Assembly (NCBI GenBank): GCA_964016885.1
Contig: OZ024740.1
Span: 277,078,001 to 277,142,000 of the forward strand
From: Eledone cirrhosa
Lineage: Eukaryota
Reading direction: 5' to 3'
Length of the DNA stretch: 64,000 bases
A program made the position numbers and the translations under genes. Under the pieces are notes generated by a model. It searched no databases and was not told where the DNA came from. It saw only the letters and a program-made list of their open reading frames with translations. Positions 52,017-64,000 of the stretch are shown here, piece by piece. The first letter of the stretch is position 1. Every line of letters starts with the position of its first letter.

Positions 52017-53405
52017 TGAGATCGAATACGGGCGTTCATGATTGTGAAGCAAACATCTTTACTAGACATTGCATAACAAAGCCGTAATTATATTAACTGC
52101 ACTAAGCCTGAACGTTATTTACCCCTCATTTAAATTCAAACTGGATGGTCCTGATTAGAATGATTTTACTAATCGATCTAATCCCTGAGGACTGACCTGT
52201 GTTTGAACAACGTGAATGACGACGTCGGGAAGTCGGAAACAAGCAGAAGAGAGACCAAATGGTAATAATTATTGCCCTTTTCAGCTGTGAATATCTCGTT
52301 TTTTCTCGAATACAAAGATCTAAAAACCACATTTATAAAAAGGTATCCATTTCTAAGACGTTAAAATAGGATTTGAAAAAGATTCGATTGCTATTTCTAA
52401 ACATATTATGTGACCACACAGATGCTCCCATTTCTTAGTCTTTGTTATCGTTTAACACAAACAGCGTTGACTGAAATACTTCCTGCAGGGATCATAACAT
52501 GATGTTTTATTTGTTTTTTTTTTGTTTTTTTTTTTGTTTTTTTTTTCATTCTCAGACTGTCTGAAATCATGGTATCCAATATGTGCCGTGCCATTGCTCG
52601 AGGGTCAACTGAAACGTTCATAGGCTGACCAAGATACTCTCATGGAATGACCAACTGAGTTTATTTTCGAAGATAGTCCCTGGAAAGAAACAATATAGTT
52701 ATTAATAAGAAGAGTTCAAATTAATGCATGCAAGTTTTCACACCTCTAACATCATTCCTATATAGCCAGCTTATGAAATTTCCAGCTGACTCTCATGTGT
52801 TACACAGATGTAATTTAAATGGGATTTGGCTGATACTTCTAGTAGATCGAACAACTATCAACAGACTTCATCGGTTGCTGTTCTAACATTTATTGTTTAA
52901 CCACAGGTCAGACCTGATCAAGCCGTTCTATAATTAAACGCATTCCAGCTGTATCAGCCATCCTTTACCTATGTGTAAGGAACCCTGTACAGTATTCACC
53001 GTCTTTTCTAAGTTGTGATTTATAGAAAATTTCGCTGCTATTTCTAACACGTGGAGTAACTACGTAGACCTTATTCCTTTTGTCGTTAAAAGCGTTATTG
53101 TAGTAGTGTTGGTGGCGTCGATATTGATATTGAAGCTGATGGTATGGAGATGATAACACTAGTGATAGTACTAATGATGGTGTTGATGTTGATTTTGATG
53201 TTGATGTTGTACTGATGGAGGCGGTGAGGGTGTGATTCTGTGTGGTTGGGGGTTGTGATGGTGGTATAATGTGGAACTGATGCTGGAGTTTGTAATTTTG
53301 ATGTAAATAACGGAAATATTTAGTTCTAATGAATGTGATGGTGGTGGTGGACTGTTGTGGTGTAGGTGGGGATGGCGCATCGTTTACGTCGTCGTCGTTG
53401 ATCAC

Positions 53406-53438
<33 letters not shown>

Positions 53439-53439
53439 A

Positions 53440-53496
<57 letters not shown>

Positions 53497-53629
53497 CTTG
53501 GGTAGTGAATTTCTGGTGTTTCTGAGTTAGGTGTAGTTCGTGGGGGTGAAGCTTTAGGTTGAAATAATGTCATCAATGCGATAGTGGTGGGGGAAAGGAA
53601 CCGAGCATAGAATTAGTAGTGTATATAGT

Positions 53630-54780
53630 GCTGTGTGGTGTGATTTGGTGTAGTGTGGATGTGTAGCTTGGATTGGTGCGCTGAAGTGTGGTGTGGCTTG
53701 GTGTGGTGTAGCTTGAATTGGTGTGCTGAAGTGTAGTGTGGCTTGGTGTGGTGTGGTGTAGCTTGGATTGGTGTGGTGCGGTATGATGTGGTGTGGTGTG
53801 GTGTGGTGTAGCTTGGATTGGTGCGCTGAAGTGTGGTGTGGCTTGGTGTGGTGTGGTGTAGCTTGGATTGGTGTGGTGCGGTATGATGTGGTGTGGTGTG
53901 ATGTGGTGTGGTGTGGTGTGGTGTAGCTTGGATTGGTGTGGTGCGGTATGATGTGGTGTGGTGTGGTGCAACTTGGATTGGTGTGCAGAAGTGTAGTGTG
54001 GCTTGGTGTGGTGTGGTGTAGCTTGGATTGGTGTGCTGAAGTGTGGTGTGGTGTAGCTTGGATTGGTGTGCTGAAGTGTGGTGTGGCTTGGTGTGGTGTG
54101 GTGTAGCTTGGATTGGTGTGCTGAAGTGTGGTGTGGTGTGGTGTAGCTTGGATTGGTGTGCTGAAGTGTAGTGTGGCCTGGTGTGGTGTGGTGTGGCTTG
54201 GTATGGTGTAGTGCGGTATGATGTGGTGTGGTGTGGCTTGGTGTCGTGTGGAGGATGTAGCTTGGTGTGGTGTGATGTGCTGAGGTGTGGTGTGGCTTGG
54301 AATGGTCTGGTGTGGTGTGGTGTGGTATGGTGTGAAGGATGTAGCTTGGAGTGGCGTAGTGTGCTGAGGTGTGGTGTGGTGTGGCTCGGAGTGGTGTGAT
54401 GTGGTGCGGTGTGGTATGGTGTGGAGAATGTAGCTTGGAGTGGTGTGGTGTGGTGCGGTGTGGTGTGGCTTGGGGTGGTGTGGTGTGGTGTTGTGTGATG
54501 TGGCTTGGTGAGGTCTCGTGTGGTGTGGCTTGGTATGGTGTAGAGGATGTATCTTGGGGTGGTGTGGTGTGGTATTGTGTGATGTGGCTTGGTGTGGTCT
54601 CGTGTGGTGTGGCTTGGTATGGTGTAGAGGATGTATCTTGGAGTGGTGTGGTGTGGCTTGGTATGGTGTAGAGGATGTACCTTGGAGTGCTGTGGTGTGG
54701 CTTGGTGTGATGGGAGGATGTAGCTTAGAGTGGGGTGGAGTTGTGTGGTATGGCGTGGTGTAGTATGGCGTGGTGTAGAG
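53630..54780. repeat. (TGTGG)n pentanucleotide array with higher-order units (tagcttggattgg, gctgaag, gaggatg)
   Basis: Direct inspection. Confidence 0.9.
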
Positions 54781-55152
54781 TAGTAGGTTGTTGGTGCTAT
54801 GTTTATTAGTGGTGTTGGTATTTTGTTGGATGTCGTGTAGATAGTGTGGTATTAACGGAGATTGCACTAATTGTGGTAGCTGATAATGGTGGATGTAATG
54901 GGAGTATTGTCGGTTGTGTCGATAGCAATGGGCAGTGATAAAGTTGATAAGGATAATGGTGAGGATAATGATGAGGAGGTGGAAAGGAGGAGGAGGAGAG
55001 GGTGAGAAGGACGGGGTGAGAAGGAGGGGGAGTAAGAGTAGCAGAAGGATACGGTGGTTGAGGAGAAGGAAGAGAGGGATGGGCAAAGAAAATGGTGTGG
55101 AATAGTAATGATGATGTTGACAATATAGATGGTATGGTCTGAAACTGGTAGT

Positions 55153-55310
55153 AATAATTGTTTCTACTTTTGGCACAAGGCCAGCAAATTAATTCAGTAC
55201 ATTACTGGTACTTTATTTTATCGACCCCGTAAGGATGAAAGGAAAAGTTAACCTCGACGGGATTTGAACTCAGACCGTAAAGGGACGTAACTATGGTGGG
55301 AAGCATGGCG
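55153..55310 (-). mobile_element. tRNA-SINE
   Basis: Family consensus, reverse strand. Confidence 0.8.
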
Positions 55311-55769
55311 TAATAGTAGCGATGTGGTAGTTGTTGATTTAGTGGTATGGGTAATACACGTGGTTTTGGTAAATTGTGGTGGCATTCAATTAGTTAATAG
55401 AACAAAGACAACGTGAGAAGGCAACGGAATGGATTGTGAAATCATTTGTCTGCATAGTGTATATACATATAGTCCCCAAATTTATTATTATTACTATATA
55501 TATATATATATATATCGACTGACCTCTTCCTCGCACTTCCACTCACTCACTCTCTGTTTCTCCCCTTCTCACTTCCTCTCGTTTGGCTAGTAGTGGGTTC
55601 TCTTCTTGCTCACATCTCACTCACGTCGGACGGCCTGTATCTTGGTCGCTCATGAAATCCACCCAGCTTATGCTGACCGGATAACCATGTTGCTTGTTTG
55701 TTCCCATCTTTGAGTTGCTTTCATCCTTCTGTGTTGTTTACTTGTCTCACTCGCTTTACGTGATTTACT

Positions 55770-55873
55770 TGTCCCAATAGCTTTTTTTAGTTATTGCTCG
55801 CACCAACCTGAGGTATATGATTTTTAATGCGACGAAATACCAATCATGGTTGGCAAATCACTGACGAAGGATA
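55770..55873 (+). ncRNA. Permuted hammerhead-like structured RNA, diverged copy D (family P copy 55516-55930)
   Basis: aggtaTA-tgattt...GAAAtacc...aaatca-CTGACGA-aggata. Confidence 0.6.
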
Positions 55874-55927
55874 TTTTTATCATATGTAACCCATGTGCAA
55901 CCACGCAAAATTCTTCTTTCTTCTCAT

Positions 55928-55993
<66 letters not shown>

Positions 55994-56290
55994 ATGTCAT
56001 CAGAAAGATGGCGTAGACATACAATACAACCGGAGGAAACATAATAGCACCGCTGACGATGTTGCAGATGTGCAACGAAATAACTTTGTTAGACTATATA
56101 TATGTGTTTGTGTCTATATTATATCTGTATTTTTGACCGTTGGTCAGTCAATGGTAACATTGAGGACCGAATATATTAAATTAACTGATATAAAAGATAC
56201 AGAAGCGAAAACCAACCAAACAGTGAGTTGTGTTCTGTTATTAATTCTCGCAATATTATTACAACAATATGACCCTCCCCAAGTATAACA

Positions 56291-56322
<32 letters not shown>

Positions 56323-56569
56323 TGTAGGTAGGAAAGCATGTATATAAATATAGGCATAGATATATATACATAGACACACATACACATATACACACACACA
56401 CGCACAGCTATATATATATATCGACAGACACAAAGATAATTAGATTGAGGTGATGAGATACATTCACTGTATTTACAGAATATATATATAAGTCTATGTG
56501 TGCATGCGTGTGAATGTGTGCGTGCGTGTGTACGTGTGTACGTGCTTACATTACATACATATTTGTTGA

Positions 56570-56613
<44 letters not shown>

Positions 56614-56686
56614 TATATATGTCAAGACAAACAAAAATAAAACAATTGCGGAACTGTAAGCAGCCAAATAGTTCTTATAGATAGAG

Positions 56687-56727
<41 letters not shown>

Positions 56728-56930
56728 TATATATATATATGTATATATAGTATATGTGCGTAAATATATGCGTACATATACCTATATATATATGCGTGTC
56801 TGTGTGTGTGTAGGTATGTATATATGTGTATATATATATATATACACATATATGTACATATAAATATATATGTATGTATATGTATCTATATATACATACA
56901 CACATATATTTGTAGATATATATATGTATA

Positions 56931-56962
<32 letters not shown>

Positions 56963-57046
56963 GTAAAAAATTGAGCGGGAACAAACATAGAGGCAGTACG
57001 AACAAAGGTTTATTATTTTCACGCTCTTGAGGGTGGGGTGGTGGTG

Positions 57047-57114
<68 letters not shown>

Positions 57115-57178
57115 CATATATATATATAATATATATGTCTTTTCTTTCTACTGCTGTCGTATATATATATATTATATA

Positions 57179-57229
<51 letters not shown>

Positions 57230-57247
57230 ATATATATATATATATCT

Positions 57248-57383
<136 letters not shown>

Positions 57384-57832
57384 TAGAAAGAAAAGACATA
57401 TATTAAAGAAAAGAAAAGAAAAGAAAAGAAAAAAAAAAGAAAAGAAAAGAAAAGAAAAGAAAAGAAAAGAAAAGAAAAGAAAAGAAAAGAAAATGAGATA
57501 AAAATCCATTCCGATATCGGCAAGAGGGCAGGCAGGCAGGCAGGCAGCCAGACACAGACAGTGAGGCAGGCAGCGTTATTTTGCAGACGATAACCAGTGT
57601 GGTTGGTGGGGATTATGATGTCGGTTAGATCGGTCGGACGGTCAATCAAGTTGGACAATAAGGTGGCTGGTTTTGTTCTGATTAATAAATAAGCGCGAAA
57701 GATATGTTGGTTGGTTGGTGGTGGTGATGGTGGTGGTGGTGGTGGTGGTGGTGGTGGTGGTGGTGGGACTTGGCATTGGTAGTGACTGGCGGTGTTTGTT
57801 GTAGGAGGGATTTGACGGTAGTTGTAGCGATG

Positions 57833-57967
57833 TTGATGATGATGATGGTGGTGGTGGTGGTGATGCGGATGATGATGATGGTGGTGATGTTGATGATGAT
57901 GATGATGATGATGATATTGATGTTGGGTTGGGCCTCTTGATGATGATGATGGCGATGATGTTGATGT

Positions 57968-57999
<32 letters not shown>

Positions 58000-58030
58000 T
58001 TGGGTTGTGCCTCTTGAGGATGACGATGGC

Positions 58031-58061
<31 letters not shown>

Positions 58062-58224
58062 GTGGTGGTGACGATGATGATGGTGGTGATGATGATGTTG
58101 GTCCTCTTGATGATGATGATGTTGATGTTGATAATGATAGTGATGATGCTGATGATGATGGTGATGGTAATGTTGATGATGATGATGGTGATGATGATGG
58201 TGATGATGACGAGGGCGATGACGG

Positions 58225-58272
<48 letters not shown>

Positions 58273-58736
58273 CGATGACGACGGCGACGACGACGATGAT
58301 AATGATGATGATGATGATAAAATATTTTGTTTTGACCTATTGCCAATTGAGAAAGGTCTCTCAGCAAACCTATCAGCCCAGCTCAGACACAAGTACACAC
58401 CTACCAGCAACACCACCACCTACACTCCCCATCCTCCCCCTCCTTCTCCTCCACCACCACCACCACCACCTCATCCTTCTGATCAACGTCATCATCTTCT
58501 TCTTCATCATCATCATCATCATCATCATTATCATGGTCATCATCATCATTATCATCATCATTATCATCATCATCATCATCATCAGCATCATCATCACCAT
58601 CATCATCATTATCATCATTATCATGGTCATCTTCATCACCACCATCATTATTATCATCATCATCACCATCATCACCATCATCACCATCATCATCACCATC
58701 ACCATCATCACCATCATCATCATCACCATCACCATC

Positions 58737-58779
<43 letters not shown>

Positions 58780-58862
58780 CCATCATCACCATCTTCATCA
58801 TCATCATCATCATCGTCCCCATCGTCGCCATCACCGCCATCGTCGTGTGTCGTCGTCAGCAT
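57833..58862. repeat. (GAT)n array (57833-58318) facing a (CAT)n array (58491-58862)
   Basis: Direct inspection. Confidence 0.9.
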
Positions 58863-58979
58863 CATACGGTTAACCTTTACAGTATATACTACCGTCAATC
58901 TCATTATCAATTTCATGCTCATCAATATCAATATCAATATAATCAACATCGTTAACTCTATCACATCATTATAATTGAT

Positions 58980-59270
58980 CCCGTCGAGGTTAACTTTGCC
59001 TTTCATCCTTAGGGGTTCGATAAAATAAAGTACCAGTAATACACTGGGATAATTGCTGGCCTTGTGCCAAATGTAGAAACAATTATTATTGAATTGGCAG
59101 TATCGGTAGAGGGTCAGACATGCTTTCCAGCATAGCTACGGCCCTTTACGATCTAAGTTCAAATCCCGCCGAGGTTAACTTTGCCTTTCATCCTTACGGG
59201 GTCGATAAAATAAAGTACCAGTAATGTACTGGGTATTTGCTGGCCTTGTGCCAAAAGTAGAAACAATTAT
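58980..59270 (+). mobile_element. Two tandem tRNA-SINE copies
   Basis: Family consensus twice. Confidence 0.8.
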
Positions 59271-59444
59271 TATCATCATCTTCATCTTCAGCAGCAGGAG
59301 CTACAGCAACATTATCTTCAAAATAAAAACCCATGAAATTCATCACTATCATTTTTATTACACTCATTATCATCATCATCCACATCACCAGTTCCTACAA
59401 CAACAGATGTGTGTGTATATATATATATATGTATATATATATAT

Positions 59445-59675
59445 TTCGTTTCTGAATTTGTTCAGCAAGATTCTTTATCTGAAATCGTGTGTTGAAACCG
59501 ATATTGTTATACTTTGGGAGGGTCATGTTGCCAATAAGAAACACACGCACCAAATGCATTCACTTCAATTTATTATAATAAATTTATACATTTATTAAAC
59601 ATTTATTATAATAAATTGAAGTGAAAGCAACTGGTGCGTGTGTTTCTTATTGGCAACATAACCCTCCCAAAGTAT

Positions 59676-59682
<7 letters not shown>
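59445..59682. repeat. Asymmetric fold-back copy of the 958 family in (TA)n
   Basis: 59501-59580 is inverted at 59603-59682; left arm extends ~55 nt further. Confidence 0.8.
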
Positions 59683-59755
<73 letters not shown>

Positions 59756-60342
59756 TATATATACATATGGACTTCCTGATGGATGATTTCTCCCGAATGA
59801 AACAGTTCTAGTCCCGTAGAAGGCATTTCTATATTAAATATATATATATATATATGAGAGTGTGTGTGTACATATATATATATACATATACATATATAGT
59901 ATATATATAGAGAGAGAGTATATATCACTCCACTTTTGTATTGAGTATCCAATGCAGAAGTAGAGTATATATATATTAATTTATTAAATGAGTATACATA
60001 CATGCAAATATACCATTAAACAACTTCAGTATTTGTTTTGTTGATGTATATTGGCATCTTTTTTATCTATGTAGTATGTATGCATGTGTGTGTGTATACA
60101 TGCATGTCTGTATGTATGTTTTTCTGGTTTTATAATTTCACAAATATTTACCAATATAGAGAGAGTCGGTTTCTAACATAGACACAAGACTCTCTCATTG
60201 GAATTTACACAACATCAACTAGGTAGATATGTATGTATGCATGTGTAGATATGGATATTATTGTATGCGTGGATGTGGATGTTTTGAGTTGTATGTGTGC
60301 ATGTGTATATGCTTTGCATCTGTACATGTGTATATACAGTTA

Positions 60343-60735
60343 TTAGATGCAAAATTTTTGGAATGTTTTACATAATTTTACTGTTCCATTAATGGATTGT
60401 ACTTGTAATTTCCTAACTAGTTGTGTTCTTTCTGTTCCTGTGAAGTCTAGCTTCTCAAGATTTGTATTGAGGCAGTTACTAACATACCCCAGTGCCCCAA
60501 TAATCACAGGTATAAATCTGAAGGTGTAATCAGGGTGGATTATCTGCAGATTTCTCATCAGTTCTGCATAAATATTCTCCTTTTCACTAATCTTTGATAT
60601 TATATTGGCATCTGCTGGGCAGCTAATTTCCACTACTGTGCATGTTTCCTTCTCCCTGTCCCATATCATATCTGGTCTGTTATGCCTGCATTTTATTGGG
60701 GTTTTTACTGGAACATTCCACCAGTACTCTTTCAT
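60343..60735 (-). pseudogene. Restriction-like endonuclease C-terminus of an R2-group (R4/Dong-like) non-LTR element, 5'-truncated
   Basis: HNRPDMI....TCTVVEISCP...KISEKENIY..L....PVIIGALG (PD-(D/E)xK RLE motif). Confidence 0.82.
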
Positions 60736-61344
60736 ATTATGTACATATATGTATGTATGTGTATATGAATGTATGTATATATGTGTATAGGTATGTATGA
60801 ATATATGTATATACGTGTGACGTTCGAACGAGTATCTTCCACCTACAACTATCTTACTCTCAGTCTTTTGGTCCCAGCCAACAGGTAAATGGAATCACAA
60901 AGTAAAGTACTCATTTCACCAGGTAAAGAAGATACTTTATTTCATTTCATTGGGCTGTGACTTATACATGGCCAAGTCTCTTTAACTCAGTGCTGAAGTT
61001 ATGCCACGGTTGCATGCCATGATTTATGGGTTCATAAAATATGTACCATTCCATAGATCTCATTGACTCTACTCCACACATAATATTGCTATGACCAATA
61101 GAGAGTTAGAACATCCAAATATATTGGAAAATATTAGCATCCCAAACGCAGAATATAACATAATAAATCAAGCAATATAGATAATTGCTGGGAAAGTCGG
61201 TTAAATTAACTCTAGTGACTCTGGGGGTGCCTACGAGGAATCAAACCCCGTATCTTTCAGATACAGTGTGAGAGAGCTACCTTGGCATCAAAAGCTAACA
61301 CTCTCCTCGTATATTTTAACATGCTGCACCGTACGGTTTAAGAC

Positions 61345-61500
61345 GGCGAATTTGCAAAGTCGTTAGAAAGTCGAATAGTGTGTTTTGTGGCATTCGATCC
61401 GTCTCTCTGCTCTCTGAGTTCAAATCGTGCAGAGGTTAACTTTGCCTTTTATCCTTTGGAAGTCGATAAAAACTTACGAGTCTAGTACTTGAGACAATTC
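61345..61500 (+). mobile_element. Diverged tRNA-SINE
   Basis: ctgagttcaaatcgtgcagaggttaactttgccttttatcctttggaagtcgataaaa. Confidence 0.7.
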
Positions 61501-61924
61501 TTCCTCTCTCTCACTCTCTATTCTTCTCTGAAAGAAATATGCTGTAGTCAGGGCTGGAGAGGTAATCGCTCCGCCAGGTTTGAAATGCTCAGTAAAAGCC
61601 GTTTATGAAGCGGTGCAGCTACGGCTCCATAACGAGTGACGGGACCATACCATACCGTACAGCTTGGGGCTAGAGTGAGCCAGAAGTAGATAAACATTAA
61701 GTACCGAAGCTGGCCCCCTTTTTTTCCGTTTCTAGGGGCATTTTCCTCGATTTTCTCAACTATTATCAATAACGATTGGCTGTTATTACGAATATTTTCT
61801 GCGTTTGGGATTCTCACATTATTAAATTTTAAATCTCCTAGTGCTTTGATCATTTACAAGATTTCTTCAAATATATATTTTGTGTTTGACACAATATACA
61901 ATGAACAGAAAGAAAAAGAGAGAG

Positions 61925-62037
<113 letters not shown>

Positions 62038-62249
62038 CATATTAAATGGCAACCTTTCTTGAGCTGTTTCGAATCCAAGCACGATTTATCAAGTGTGACA
62101 TCTCTGTACGTTTGGCACTTGAGGTACGGAATATTGAGATACTGAGGGTTATGCCACTGGAACTGAGATGCAGGAGATTATATAGCTATATGTAGCAATC
62201 GTAAAAACTTTGTGACATTTTTCAAGGAGCATGCATTTAATAGGGCATA

Positions 62250-63125
62250 TCACTGTGCTTAAAATACGGCACCAGGAGAAGAGGTAAGTCGAGGATAAGC
62301 AGCCTTCTTGGGCCCTGGAATAGTGGTCATATTAAGATGTGTTTGGTTATCTTCAAATATCCAAGTATATAAGAACTGGAAAAGGGTACTAGCAATGTCC
62401 CTTTTTTAAAGGTCTGCTACCATTCCCAATATAGATAGCACTAAATCCTGTGAACGATAATGTGCAGGCATTCATTGAAAATAATACACCTAGAGGGATT
62501 CGTGTGTATTATGCATGTATGAGCACTGTTTGCGAAGTAAGTTTCAAGCATCTTGTCTTATTGAGTATCTATTTTCAGTCAAGCGAAAGCGAGGATTAGG
62601 AAAAAGAAATGTTTTCTGTTAGTCACAATTTTTTAACTGTCTAGTATTGCAGCCGATCGTGCATCCACCTTTGTACTCTGTATGTAGGGTTGCTAGTTTT
62701 GCTCTGTCTGGTGGCCATGTCGAACGATTTATCTTGAAGTGAGTGAAAAGATTGACTAAAGACAGTTTCCACTTCGTTTGTGCTCTCTCCAACACAAAAT
62801 TCTAGTTAGAGGGAAAGGTGAGTGTGAGTATTAGGTGCTTCCCTGAATTAAATTGTCTGAAAAGTGGGTGAAAGTGACAAGTATCATCTCATAGGAATTA
62901 GTCTACTTTACACCTGTATCCCAGAGTACACAAGGACAGATTAATCCTCTCTCTGTGTAGTTCCTTGGTGTGTCATAAATGTCTGCCCCCACTAAAATGA
63001 CGTCACATTTCACCACTTTTTCTGTACTAATATGTTTTTATATGTCCGCTTTCTTTTTCTTTTTCTTTAAATATTTTTTCATGTATTATTCTCTTATCTA
63101 GCGACCTTGTAGTAAATAAAGGAAT
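62250..63125 (+). pseudogene. Possible highly decayed 3' part of a Tx1/L1-like LINE
   Basis: Weak resemblance to ALPVRD..RH near 62440 and a 3' end (cttgtagtaaataaagg) like that at 46960; no clean frame. Confidence 0.25.
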
Positions 63126-63162
63126 TAGTATTGTTATTTCTCTTATTATTATTATTATCATT

Positions 63163-63470
63163 GTCGATAAAATAAAGTACCAGTAATGCACTCGGTAATT
63201 GCTGGCCTTGTGCCTAAAGTAGAAACAATTATTATTATTATCATTATATAGGTGATTTGACAGTATCGGTAGAGTCGGACACCATGTTTTGCAGCATAGA
63301 GTTACGGTCCTTTACGGTCTGAGTTCAAATCCCACCGAGGTTAACTTTGCCTTTCTTCCTTACGGGGTCGATAAAATAAAGCACCACTAACGTACTGGGG
63401 TCGAATTAATCGACTTTCCCCTCCCCCGCAAATTACTGGCCTTGTGCCTATACGAGAAATCATTATTATT
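63163..63470 (+). mobile_element. Partial plus full tRNA-SINE copies
   Basis: Family consensus. Confidence 0.8.
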
Positions 63471-64000
63471 ATCATTGTCAAGGTGATATAGTTAAATATG
63501 ACCCTATGGTGAGTTTAAATTCCCTTCATATACAACCCAGCAAAAAGAAATATTAAAATGGTGGTCAACTTCAAGCCAACAGAATGATTTTTAGTTATTC
63601 ATTAATTTTATTCATTTATTTATTACCGTTTTAAAAATCCCAACTAAGACAAGCTATGGATAAAACCACGAACCAATTTATAATTCCCGACTGACGTTTG
63701 TATAATATAAAATTTACTTGAAAAATTGATTTAATATTAATTGATTTTTAATTAATTCTTTTCCTATATTTCCACCATTATATTTTGCCGGGTGATAGAG
63801 AGAACGTCCATTTTGATTTTGGTTTTTATTTTTTAAAAAACATTTGTTGACATAGATTAAAACAATTTTTGTGGCAAAAACATTCCATAAATTATATTAT
63901 ATGGGATTATGGCAATAAGACATCCATTTTTTTTTTAGTATAAATACAGATACAATCACACACACAGACACACACACACACACACACATACACACATATT

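Noticed and set aside
53554-55176. 540-aa HHT-repeat ORF
   Set aside because: Starts inside a SINE and runs through the (CCACA)n array
57642-59006. Poly-His/poly-Asp ORFs
   Set aside because: Products of (GAT)n/(CAT)n repeats in all frames

Overview
AT-rich, microsatellite-dense animal DNA (the repeat content suggests a cephalopod such as octopus; inference). I found no supportable host protein-coding exon. The window is mostly retroelements and their remnants. There are two young Penelope-like elements (PLEs) of Naiad type with open RT+GIY-YIG frames and inverted terminal copies of their 3' ends (2326-6067, 31325-35792), a decayed Penelope/Poseidon-type PLE (6546-10000) and an internally deleted Neptune-type PLE (23103-25790). 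Also present: a frameshifted Tx1/L1-clade LINE (46960-51306), RTE, CR1 and R4-like fragments, about a dozen tRNA-derived SINE copies, Helitron, hAT and Tc1 derivatives, and long low-complexity arrays. Reading by eye shows more than 10 hammerhead ribozyme (HHR) motifs in PLE termini and short (TA)n-embedded repeats. The top candidate for novelty is a four-copy repeat carrying a hammerhead catalytic core whose strands are in a non-cyclic order (substrate, GAAA, CUGANGA), which matches none of types I/II/III and is supported by compensatory base changes. The second is a recurring asymmetric fold-back architecture, shared by several unrelated families inserted in (TA)n. All RNA structures were paired manually and are untested.
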